This document shows, in pieces, positions 9,829-17,242 of a DNA stretch of 32,000 bases. The DNA is from Geotalea uraniireducens Rf4. Its GTDB lineage: Bacteria > Desulfobacterota > Desulfuromonadia > Geobacterales > Geobacteraceae. The notes under the pieces are model-generated. The model did not search any database. It was given only the letters and a program-made list of their open reading frames with translations, and had not been told where the DNA came from. How positions within the stretch are numbered: position 1 is the first letter of the stretch; each line of letters begins with the position of its first letter. The DNA is taken from contig NC_009483.1 in assembly GCF_000016745.1 (NCBI RefSeq), positions 3,450,001-3,482,000 of the forward strand, written 5' to 3'. A program made the translations under genes and the position numbers.

Positions 9829-9934
9829 TTCGAAAACAACCCGGAAAGTCCGCTAACAAATCAGAACACTGAAAAATTTTTTACATGTTTCGTTAACTTA
9901 TCGTTCACAAATTAAAAAACTTAACTGTTTTTTC

Positions 9935-9967
9935 AGAAAAAAATGACGCTGCTTTATCTGCAGCGCC
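9935..9967 (-). terminator. Rho-independent terminator after cheA
   Basis: On the minus strand, GCGCTGC-AGATAAA-GCAGCGT is followed by ATTTTTTT. It lies about 60 nt downstream of the cheA stop at 10029. Confidence 0.6.
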
Positions 9968-10028
9968 ATCGAATGCTACCTCTTGAGTCTTTATTTACCG
10001 TTCATCGACTCTGGCAGCCAGGGAATGA

Positions 10029-12167
10029 CTATCTCCTGCCGTCCCAGGCCCTCTCCATCTCCACATCATGCACAAGCTGCGGAATATCGATAATCAGCGC
10101 CACTGCACCATCGCCGAGGATGGTAGCGCCGGAAATCGCATCCACATTCTTGTAGGCGCGCCCCAGGGACTTGATGACCGTCTGGTGCTCGCCGATCACG
10201 TGATCGACCACGACCCCGACGCGCATCCCGTCAACCTTGGTGATGACTATCTGTTCGATGTCCGGCGTTTCCCCCTTGATATCGAACCTCTCCCTGAGCG
10301 GTATGTAGGGAACCATATGGTCGCGGACAGTAGCCAGGTTCCTGCCATGGGCCTTTTCCACGTCGGCACGGGTAAGCTCCACGCACTCATCGACAAGAGA
10401 AAGGGGGAGGAGGAAGCGATCGGCGCCGATCCGGACCAGGAGGCTCTCTATGATCGCCAGCGTAAGCGGGATTTTAACGGTGATCGTCGTCCCGTCCCCA
10501 TGCTTGCTGGTAATATCTATCGAACCGCGCAAAGCGTCGATGGCCCGCTTCACCACGTCCATGCCGACCCCGCGCCCCGAAACGCTGGAAACCTTTTTTG
10601 CGGTGGAAAACCCGGGGGCGAAGATCAGGTTGAAGATTTCCTTTTCGGACAAGTCTGCAGCAGCCGGGATCAGCCCCTTTTCAATCGCTTTTGTGCGGAT
10701 TGCTTCTTTATCCAGACCGGCGCCGTCGTCCCTGATGGTAATCAGAACGCTATCGCCGGAATGGACAGCGGCCAGGTGCACCGTTCCCTGGCCGGGCTTG
10801 CCTGCGGCCTCGCGCACATCGGGCAGCTCTATGCCGTGGTCGATGCTGTTGCGGATAAGGTGGACCAGGGGATCGTTCAGCTTCTCGATGACGGTCTTGT
10901 CCAGTTCGGTTTCGGCGCCGGCGGTTTCCATTTCCACCTTCTTGCCCAGTTCATTGGAAAGATCGCGGACCAGCCGCTTGAACTTGCTGAAGGTGGAGCC
11001 GATGGGGAGCATGCGGATGTTCAGGGCGTTGTCCCGCAGCTCCGCAGTCAGACGCTCGACCTCCTCGGCGATCGACATAAGTTCCGCATCTCTGCGACCG
11101 GCAGAGGTCTGACTGAGTCGCGCCTGCACGGTCACCAGCTCCCCAACCAGGTTTACCAGGATATCCAGCTTTTCCGCTGGAACACGGATGCTGGAAGCCG
11201 TCTCCTGGGATTGCCGCTCCTGGCGGACCTCTTTCACGTGCTGCTGCTCGACCAGTGCCGATGCTATCCTGTCAGCCTCGACCAGCCCGGTCTCGACGGC
11301 AATTTCCCCGAAGCGTTTCTGCTGCGAGAGAATTTTTTCCATGGCCTCATGGGTCAGATCACCGCGCTCGACAAGGATTTCTCCCAGTTTTTTGTAATCG
11401 CCGTCATGCCCCAGATGCCCACCCGTATCGATAACCTCGATCTTCAGCTCGCAGTCGTCTTCGACAAAGATGAACACGTCCTTGATGGCATCGATACCCT
11501 GGGCAGTCGTCAGTATCACGTCCCAGAAAATATAACAGGACTCGGGATCGATCTCGTCAAGCCGTGGAAGATTGCACATCTGCGCCACGACCTTGCATTC
11601 GCCCAGCTCGCCCAACTCGTTGACGAGAGTGATGGGGTTAGTGCCGCGCGCAAAAAGTCCCCTGTCCGGTTCAAAGCGGATGCGGTAGGTGACGGGGGTC
11701 GTAGTAGGTTGGGGCAGGTCTCGTCCCTGCCCTGGTTCCTGCGTCGTCCCTGTTGCATTGGCGCCCGCAAGAGGCGCCAATGCCTTGGTGTCAGATAACA
11801 GGCTCTTGAGCTCTGCGATGATCTCTTCGGCGACGCCGGCATCGACGGGTTCGCCGCCGGTGGAAGCATCGAGCATGGCCTTGATCTGGTCACGGGCCGC
11901 GAGCGTCACGTTTATCAGCTTCTTCGTGACCGACACCTTTCCGTTACGCACCAGATCAAAGACCGTCTCCACCTGGTGGGTGAAAGCGGCAATATCATCG
12001 AAGCCGAACATGGCGCCCGATCCCTTGATGGTGTGCATGGCCCGAAAAACCCGGCCGATGAGCTCCTCGTCATCGGGTCTTTCTTCCAGTTCGAGAAGGG
12101 AAGTCTCCAGCTCCGCAAGAAGTTCGTACGCCTCTTCTTTGAATGCCTCTCTGTGCTGGTCCATCAT
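10029..12167 (-). CDS. cheA: Chemotaxis histidine kinase CheA
   Basis: HPt motif RAMHTIKGSGAMFGF; dimerisation and HATPase region (HLIRNSIDHGIE, IRDDGAGLD, GRGVGMDVV); C-terminal CheW-like domain. The start overlaps the cheY stop by 4 nt. Confidence 0.95.
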   Translation of the reverse strand: MMDQHREAFKEEAYELLAELETSLLELEERPDDEELIGRVFRAMHTIKGSGAMFGFDDIAAFTHQVETVFDLVRNGKVSVTKKLINVTLAARDQIKAMLDASTGGEPVDAGVAEEIIAELKSLLSDTKALAPLAGANATGTTQEPGQGRDLPQPTTTPVTYRIRFEPDRGLFARGTNPITLVNELGELGECKVVAQMCNLPRLDEIDPESCYIFWDVILTTAQGIDAIKDVFIFVEDDCELKIEVIDTGGHLGHDGDYKKLGEILVERGDLTHEAMEKILSQQKRFGEIAVETGLVEADRIASALVEQQHVKEVRQERQSQETASSIRVPAEKLDILVNLVGELVTVQARLSQTSAGRRDAELMSIAEEVERLTAELRDNALNIRMLPIGSTFSKFKRLVRDLSNELGKKVEMETAGAETELDKTVIEKLNDPLVHLIRNSIDHGIELPDVREAAGKPGQGTVHLAAVHSGDSVLITIRDDGAGLDKEAIRTKAIEKGLIPAAADLSEKEIFNLIFAPGFSTAKKVSSVSGRGVGMDVVKRAIDALRGSIDITSKHGDGTTITVKIPLTLAIIESLLVRIGADRFLLPLSLVDECVELTRADVEKAHGRNLATVRDHMVPYIPLRERFDIKGETPDIEQIVITKVDGMRVGVVVDHVIGEHQTVIKSLGRAYKNVDAISGATILGDGAVALIIDIPQLVHDVEMERAWDGRR

Positions 12168-12529
12168 CCGAGCACCTTCTTCACCACCGACAGAAGCTGT
12201 TCGGGCTTGAACGGCTTAACGATCCAGCCGGTGGCCCCGGCAGCCTTACCTTCCTGTTTTTTGCAATCCTGGGATTCCGTGGTCAACATTACTATAGGGA
12301 TGAATTTGCAGGCCGGAATGGCACGCGCCCCTTTAATCAGGCCGATACCATCCAGGTTGGGCATGTTCAGGTCGGTGATGAGCATGTCAACCTTCTGCCC
12401 GCCAAGCTTTTGCAGGGCGTCTTTGCCGTCCACGGCCTCAATTACTTCGTAGCCGCTCTGTTTTAATGTAAAACTGACCATTTGCCGGACGCTGGCCGAA
12501 TCATCAGCCGTCATAATCGTTTTTCCCAT
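12164..12529 (-). CDS. cheY: CheY response regulator
   Basis: 121-aa receiver: TADDSASVR, MLITDLNMPNLDG, MLTTES, VKPF. The start overlaps the upstream STAS stop (TGATG). Confidence 0.9.
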   Translation of the reverse strand: MGKTIMTADDSASVRQMVSFTLKQSGYEVIEAVDGKDALQKLGGQKVDMLITDLNMPNLDGIGLIKGARAIPACKFIPIVMLTTESQDCKKQEGKAAGATGWIVKPFKPEQLLSVVKKVLG

Positions 12530-12891
12530 CAGTGCTTACCTCCAACCCATATGCAAGATTTCCCCTTGTCCAGGGCACATCCCACATGACGTTGAAAACC
12601 GGCCTCCCTGCCGATTTTTTTTACGACCTCGTTGTAGCCATCGCAAAAGACAAACTGCTTGTTCAACTGAACCGATGTACGGTGCGCAGAACAGAGCAGC
12701 TGCAACCCTGCCAGGTCGACCTCCGTCACATTCCCAACATCCAGGCGAATCTGCTCGGCACTGTCCAGGACGGTCAATAACGCAGTTTTCAACTCGCCCG
12801 CATACTGAACCGTCATGGAGCCGCTTATGCTCACAACAACGGTCGACGGTTCCCCTTCCGAGGTTGTCGTCGATACTTCAAAGACAGCCAT
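12529..12891 (-). CDS. STAS-domain protein (anti-sigma-factor-antagonist fold)
   Basis: 120-aa ORF with a SpoIIAA-like pattern (VVVSISGSMTVQYAGELKTAL...IRLDVGNVTEVDLAGLQLL). AGAGGAG SD upstream. It is translationally coupled to cheY. Confidence 0.7.
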   Translation of the reverse strand: MAVFEVSTTTSEGEPSTVVVSISGSMTVQYAGELKTALLTVLDSAEQIRLDVGNVTEVDLAGLQLLCSAHRTSVQLNKQFVFCDGYNEVVKKIGREAGFQRHVGCALDKGKSCIWVGGKH

Positions 12892-12921
12892 AAATATCTC
12901 CTCTACAATTGATATTACCCG

Positions 12922-14838
12922 TCAAAACAATTCCACATTGTCCCCGAACCCTTCAGACTCGCCGGATTGCATATCCGCTGACTTTTCACCGGCCAGAGCA
13001 ATAGCACCGACAGCCGGCGTCACAACACTTCCCCCATTAAGGATGGATTCATGAATTTTCCGTTCGCTGTGCATGGTATAACGGTCGGCAAGCCGCAGCA
13101 GGCTTTCCGCGCTTTCAGACCTGAAGCCTGACGGGGCGAGCCGGCGTGCCTCGCCGATAACACCGGAAAGTTCTTCGACAACCTCGTTCAGAACCCGGGC
13201 AACCTTATGGTGAGCCGTGATCCCTGTCGTTGCATTCTCTATGTCAGTGGAAAGAGACTGGACCATCTCTTTCATAGTTGAAAGACAACAACCCAGGTTT
13301 TCATTCACATTCTGCAGCGATTTGAGCAGGCCGGCCAGGCTGTCCACCATATCCTGCACCTCAACATCCAGCTCAGACGCATCGGCATTGACACTGCTGC
13401 ATAGCCCGTCGGTCACCTCGGTGATGAGCTTAAGCGTCCCGGACACTGCGGAAGTCTGCATTATGGCATCAACCGACAGACGCTGAATCGCCTCGGCAAG
13501 CACGCCGAGCGCCGCCCCCTCCTCACCGGTCAGCGCCGCCTTGACCTGGGCGTTAAGGGCTATAAGCTCGATCTCCTCGCCGACGTTCTCAATATCGCCG
13601 ACAAAACCGGCAATATCCCCCACGGTCTCCACAACGGTGTTCATTGCGCCAGCCAGAGTGCGGTTCGTTTCGGAGCTTTTGCCGAGAACCGTCGCAACAA
13701 CGGCAAGATCGTCTTTCATTTCCGTAAGAAACGAGCTGCCGGTCTGGTCTGCGACTCCTGCCATCTCGCGGGTATCTTCCGACATGCGCGCTTCTTTTGC
13801 CGCTATTCCCCGCAGGTTTTCAACGATTCTCTGTACCGCGGTCTCCAGTTCGGTTCCAGAGTGACGCAACTGTGCCGACTGCAGTTCGCAAACCGCCCCT
13901 GCATCCTCAGCCTGTTTAACTGCGACATTCTCTTCGGGAGACAAGGCACCACGCCCTGTACCATAAGTATTCAGCCTGCCGCACAAATCGTCCAACGCTT
14001 CGGCAACATGCTCAATTTGCTGGCGGACGATATCGTGAAACTGCATGGAAGTGACAACTTCGCCGATATTCTGCGACACCTCCGTGGAAGCAGCTGAAAT
14101 GGCCGCTGCCGCACTGGAACATCGCTCATTTACATCGGTCAATGCAGCGAGGCTCGACCGGGTCTTGTCCAGAATCCCCCGCACCTGTTTGCGCTGTTCC
14201 CCCCCCACGCTCAGAACCTGTCCCAAGGTCTGCTGTATGACGGCACTGAGCGAATCTTTCTGCACAAGTATTGTCCCGGCCTTATCACTTACCTGGACGG
14301 AAAGTTGCGTCACATCGTTTGCCAGCGTCTCGAAACCGGCAGCGCTCTGCCCCAGACGTGCACTCTCGATTTTGGTAGAGATGCCGAGCATGCGCAATGA
14401 CTTGTTGATTTTTTTAAAACCGGAAAGGGGTCCGGCTGCGTTATCAAGAAGCTGGAGAATGTTCTTCAGCGTTTGCGAACTCTTCTCCGTCTCCTGCTCT
14501 TTACGGGTCAGATAATCACCCATCCGGGCTGTAATTTCCTGCAACCCCTTGATCGCCTGGCTTATCTCCTCGCCGGCAACCTGACCTGCCATGTCGGTGG
14601 ACATCTCGGAAATTTCACCGGCCCGTCGGTAGAAATCATGGAGTTTTGCGCCGATAGCCAGAAATTCGTCCTCGGTGGTCCCGGCAACATCAGACAACCG
14701 TTCGTTCATCCGACCCAGATGCGCGGGCCAGGCGGAAGAAATGCGACTATCGTCCGCATTGGTGGATATTTCAGCAAACATTGTGTGTTCCCTGGTATTT
14801 GCCATATGTGAACTTTCCCGGCAGACGGGAAACATCAT
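12922..14838 (-). CDS. Soluble all-helical chemoreceptor-like protein with two degenerate MCP tip motifs (DosM-like)
   Basis: No TM segment is visible. aa 150-182 (LGISTKIESARLGQSAAGFETLANDVTQLS) and aa 423-456 (IELIALNAQVKAALTGEEGAALGVLAEAIQRLS) both align to the canonical [26 protein letters not shown] tip. GAGGAG SD before the ATGATG start. It is the first gene of the STAS-cheY-cheA operon. Confidence 0.6.
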   Translation of the reverse strand: MMFPVCRESSHMANTREHTMFAEISTNADDSRISSAWPAHLGRMNERLSDVAGTTEDEFLAIGAKLHDFYRRAGEISEMSTDMAGQVAGEEISQAIKGLQEITARMGDYLTRKEQETEKSSQTLKNILQLLDNAAGPLSGFKKINKSLRMLGISTKIESARLGQSAAGFETLANDVTQLSVQVSDKAGTILVQKDSLSAVIQQTLGQVLSVGGEQRKQVRGILDKTRSSLAALTDVNERCSSAAAAISAASTEVSQNIGEVVTSMQFHDIVRQQIEHVAEALDDLCGRLNTYGTGRGALSPEENVAVKQAEDAGAVCELQSAQLRHSGTELETAVQRIVENLRGIAAKEARMSEDTREMAGVADQTGSSFLTEMKDDLAVVATVLGKSSETNRTLAGAMNTVVETVGDIAGFVGDIENVGEEIELIALNAQVKAALTGEEGAALGVLAEAIQRLSVDAIMQTSAVSGTLKLITEVTDGLCSSVNADASELDVEVQDMVDSLAGLLKSLQNVNENLGCCLSTMKEMVQSLSTDIENATTGITAHHKVARVLNEVVEELSGVIGEARRLAPSGFRSESAESLLRLADRYTMHSERKIHESILNGGSVVTPAVGAIALAGEKSADMQSGESEGFGDNVELF

Positions 14839-14958
14839 GATCTCCTCGTCCGTCCTTCAGCTGATTTTCAATAAAAGCAACGTATTGAATGTGTGCTATT
14901 GAATGTATCGTCAATTGGGGAAATACCTTGAGCAAATTTTTGTCTTTATTTCGGTCAC

Positions 14959-14994
14959 AAAAAAAGCGCCGCAGTTGCCTGCGGCGCTTTTTTT
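14959..14994. terminator. Bidirectional rho-independent terminator
   Basis: A7-GCGCCGCAG-TTGC-CTGCGGCGC-T7. It is positioned downstream of the minus-strand gene ending at 15185. Confidence 0.75.
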
Positions 14995-15037
14995 GAATCC
15001 TTTGTTGTTACGGATTATCCTATATAAAGCATTTTAA

Positions 15038-15168
15038 CCACGAATTTGCACGAATTTGCACGAATACGCAAACTCTTATGATGCAGAAGACTCTCACCAG
15101 ATCAGTGACTACTCAAGACTTAACATGGGGTTAAAAACATTCGTGTTTATTCGTGTCATTCGTGGCTA
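15038..15168. repeat. Inverted repeat whose arms are three tandem CACGAAT-containing units
   Basis: Left arm ccacgaatttgcacgaatttgcacgaata (about 15038-15068). Right arm cattcgtgtttattcgtgtcattcgtgg (about 15139-15168) is its imperfect reverse complement. A spacer of about 70 nt separates them, with no ORF. Confidence 0.5.
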
Positions 15169-15184
15169 ACTGCCGTTTTTGGGA

Positions 15185-15658
15185 TTATTTGAAATCAGCG
15201 TATTTGGATATCACCAGGTCAGCATCCTTCGCTTCCTTCAGATGGCACTCATAGCAGTTTTTCACGGGGTCTACAGCGGATGGCCTGCCGTCCGGATTGA
15301 AGCCGGCAAACTGCCAGCCGCCGGTCTCCTTGAACTTTTTGTCCTTTTTCATCAGCACGACCATGTTCTTTTTCCCCTGGACCGGCTTGCCTCCCTCTTC
15401 CCTGATGTTGTAATAATCGACCACGAACCGGCTTCCTTCCGGGTACTTGCCGCCGGTCTTGAAGGCCTTCAGCGCCTTTTTATCCACATACGTATAATGT
15501 ATGCCGTAAAAGAGCGATTTTTTGTCGTTGACGATCTTCTGCTTGCTCTTCTCCCACTTCTCATACCCCTTGGGCAGGGACGCCTTTTCTGCGGCAGAAA
15601 CAAGCGAGGCTGCAAGCACCAGGGAAGCAGCCACCAGCATGACAACTGTCTTTTTCAT
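15185..15658 (-). CDS. Periplasmic haem-c protein, cytochrome P460-family-like
   Basis: Start at MKKTVVMLVAASLVLAASLVSAAE (signal peptide) with a GGAGGA SD. A single C-terminal CYECH (CXXCH) motif is present. Size and motif placement recall the P460 / cytochrome c'-beta family. The longer track ORF (to 15775) lacks an SD. Confidence 0.6.
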   Translation of the reverse strand: MKKTVVMLVAASLVLAASLVSAAEKASLPKGYEKWEKSKQKIVNDKKSLFYGIHYTYVDKKALKAFKTGGKYPEGSRFVVDYYNIREEGGKPVQGKKNMVVLMKKDKKFKETGGWQFAGFNPDGRPSAVDPVKNCYECHLKEAKDADLVISKYADFK

Positions 15659-15842
15659 CGATACATCCTCCATCAAAATATAGTGATTACGCTGATTGTC
15701 ATCCATCTGACAACGCATGTGAAGGGTAATAAATTTGGCAGCATTATTCAAGCAAAAGCTAAACGGTGATTCCATAAAAGCAATCCTTGCATCCGCCGGT
15801 CTATTCCTGTAAATTCAAATTAAAGTGCAAGGAGGTCCGCAA

Positions 15843-16133
15843 ATGCTTATTTTCAAGCTATTCATCGCCTTGTTATTTTCATCGCTGTTTCTTGTTTTCT
15901 GCTTCCAGATGTACCAATACTCCATTACCAGGCTGCGGGAAAAGAAACAAAAGGCATGCCTGGCACTGGGAATAGCTTTCTCGTCTTTAGGCATCGTGGG
16001 CCTGATTTACCGTAACAGTGTCATGATAATTATCGGACTTGTTCTGATAATGCTGGGATTGCGCCTGATCGCCCACGGACTCGACCGGATCGACAAAAAA
16101 ATCTTCATCGACAAATTTGATGAGGACCAGTGA
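15843..16133 (+). CDS. Small hypothetical membrane protein (about 3 TM helices)
   Basis: AAGGAGG SD lies 7 nt before the ATG at 15843 (MLIFKLFIALLF...). Hydrophobic helices are followed by a charged tail. No family was recognised. Confidence 0.5.
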   Translation: MLIFKLFIALLFSSLFLVFCFQMYQYSITRLREKKQKACLALGIAFSSLGIVGLIYRNSVMIIIGLVLIMLGLRLIAHGLDRIDKKIFIDKFDEDQ

Positions 16134-16137
16134 CCCC

Positions 16138-16208
16138 GCTGCGTTCAGCGTGCTACGTGCTGCGTGCAGTAAAACATCGCAGCACGCTGAACGCAGCACG
16201 CAGCACGC
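16138..16208. repeat. Heptamer-unit inverted repeat, likely a bidirectional terminator between convergent genes
   Basis: gctgcgttcagcgtgct (16138-16154) pairs with agcacgctgaacgcagc (16181-16197). Extra (G/A)CGTGCT units allow alternative pairings. It sits between the stops at 16133 (+) and 16209 (-). Confidence 0.5.
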
Positions 16209-16853
16209 CTACCTCCTGACGAATATCTCCCGCGCCATGGCAGTGTCGATAGCAAACTCCGAAAAACCTACCCGGAAAATGTACGAAGGAAAACTCTGCA
16301 AAAGTATGATCCGGTTGCCGGGAAGCACCCCCATCGCCATCAGCTTCTGCATCTTCTTGCTGTCCTCGGTCTGGATGTAGGCGATCTCACCCTCCTCGTT
16401 GGACTTCAGCTCGGTGAGGGGTACCACCCCCAGGTCGCCGCTTTTTCGCGCCTCTTCGCAGCAGTCGCCGGGGGGGATATGCTTGCCGTGCGGGCAGGTG
16501 GTCGGGTGGTTGAGCATGGTGCAGACCTTGGCGTCCACCCCCTCGTTGAGCAGATGCTCAAACTGGCAAGCCTTGTCGTCACCGTCCTCACCGCGGACAT
16601 TGAGGACATCCATCAAAAGCCGCTCTGCCAGCCGGTGGCGGCGGATGGTTTTACGTCCCTCATCCTTTCCCTCCGGCCGGAAATAGACCCGTCCCTCCTT
16701 CACTTCGATGAAGGCATGGGCGGTCAACTCAGCGTATGCCGGGTCGGCGGGATCTATGCCGATGCCTTCCAGTTCGGCAAACCCCTTCCCTTTCTCCTCG
16801 ACCGCGATCCACATTGCCTCAAGAATCTCTTCCGCTTTATCCGACAGTTTCAT
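16209..16853 (-). CDS. DtxR/IdeR-family metal-dependent regulator fused to a C-terminal FeoA (SH3-like) domain
   Basis: The metal-site region RRHRLAERLLMDVL...CQFEHLL...HP..CPHG is typical of the DtxR family. The C-terminus VPLTELKSNEEGEIAYIQ...KLMAMGVLPGNRIILLQ is FeoA-like. The start is set at the ATG at 16853 (MKLSDK), preceded by GGGAGA. Confidence 0.8.
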   Translation of the reverse strand: MKLSDKAEEILEAMWIAVEEKGKGFAELEGIGIDPADPAYAELTAHAFIEVKEGRVYFRPEGKDEGRKTIRRHRLAERLLMDVLNVRGEDGDDKACQFEHLLNEGVDAKVCTMLNHPTTCPHGKHIPPGDCCEEARKSGDLGVVPLTELKSNEEGEIAYIQTEDSKKMQKLMAMGVLPGNRIILLQSFPSYIFRVGFSEFAIDTAMAREIFVRR

Positions 16854-16925
16854 CTTAATTTCTCCCACTATTCATTTATTTTCGTAGTACCCGATTAAAT
16901 CGCGCTGGGAGCATGCCATGCGCCC

Positions 16926-17105
16926 CTACGATTTTTCCTTTTTCAAGAACGATTTCAAACGTTTCACCATTTTCAACTCCGGTGGGTTTTCGTAAAAACA
17001 TTTGGGACAGCGCACCATACTGCATCGCCCCGGCTTGCCGCATTTACCGCACCCCCGGATCCCCTCTTCCTCGGCAAACTCATGTCCGCAATAGCCGCAC
17101 TTCAT
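16926..17105 (-). CDS. Small Cys-rich zinc-ribbon protein
   Basis: MKCGYCGHEF...CGKCGKPGRC..VRCPKCFYENP has three CXXC pairs and a lysine-rich tail. An AGAGG SD lies 5 nt upstream of the ATG at 17105. Confidence 0.55.
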   Translation of the reverse strand: MKCGYCGHEFAEEEGIRGCGKCGKPGRCSMVRCPKCFYENPPELKMVKRLKSFLKKEKS

Positions 17106-17157
17106 AAAAACCTCTTGTTCCAGGTTCAACGTTCTAAGTTCGATGTTCTAAGTTACA

Positions 17158-17241
17158 AACCCCGAACCCCGAACCCCGAACCCCGAACCTCGAACCTCGA
17201 ACCTCGAACCTCGAACCTCGAACCTCGAACGTTGAACATTC
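17158..17241. repeat. Perfectly phased heptanucleotide tandem array
   Basis: Plus strand: (AACCCCG)x4, then (AACCTCG)x6, then the degenerate units AACGTTG and AACATTC. It lies directly between the feoB stop (17243) and the zinc-ribbon gene. Confidence 0.95.
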
Positions 17242-17242
17242 G

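Noticed and set aside
10068-11798. 576-aa + strand ORF
   Set aside because: It lies entirely antisense to cheA, whose product has every CheA hallmark. The + product is low-complexity (G/D/L/P/H-rich) with no recognisable domain and no SD. It is a typical shadow ORF of a GC-rich gene.
17158-17241. Heptamer array considered as a CRISPR array
   Set aside because: The units are 7 nt and contiguous, with no spacers. There is no cas gene, and the unit length is far below that of CRISPR repeats.
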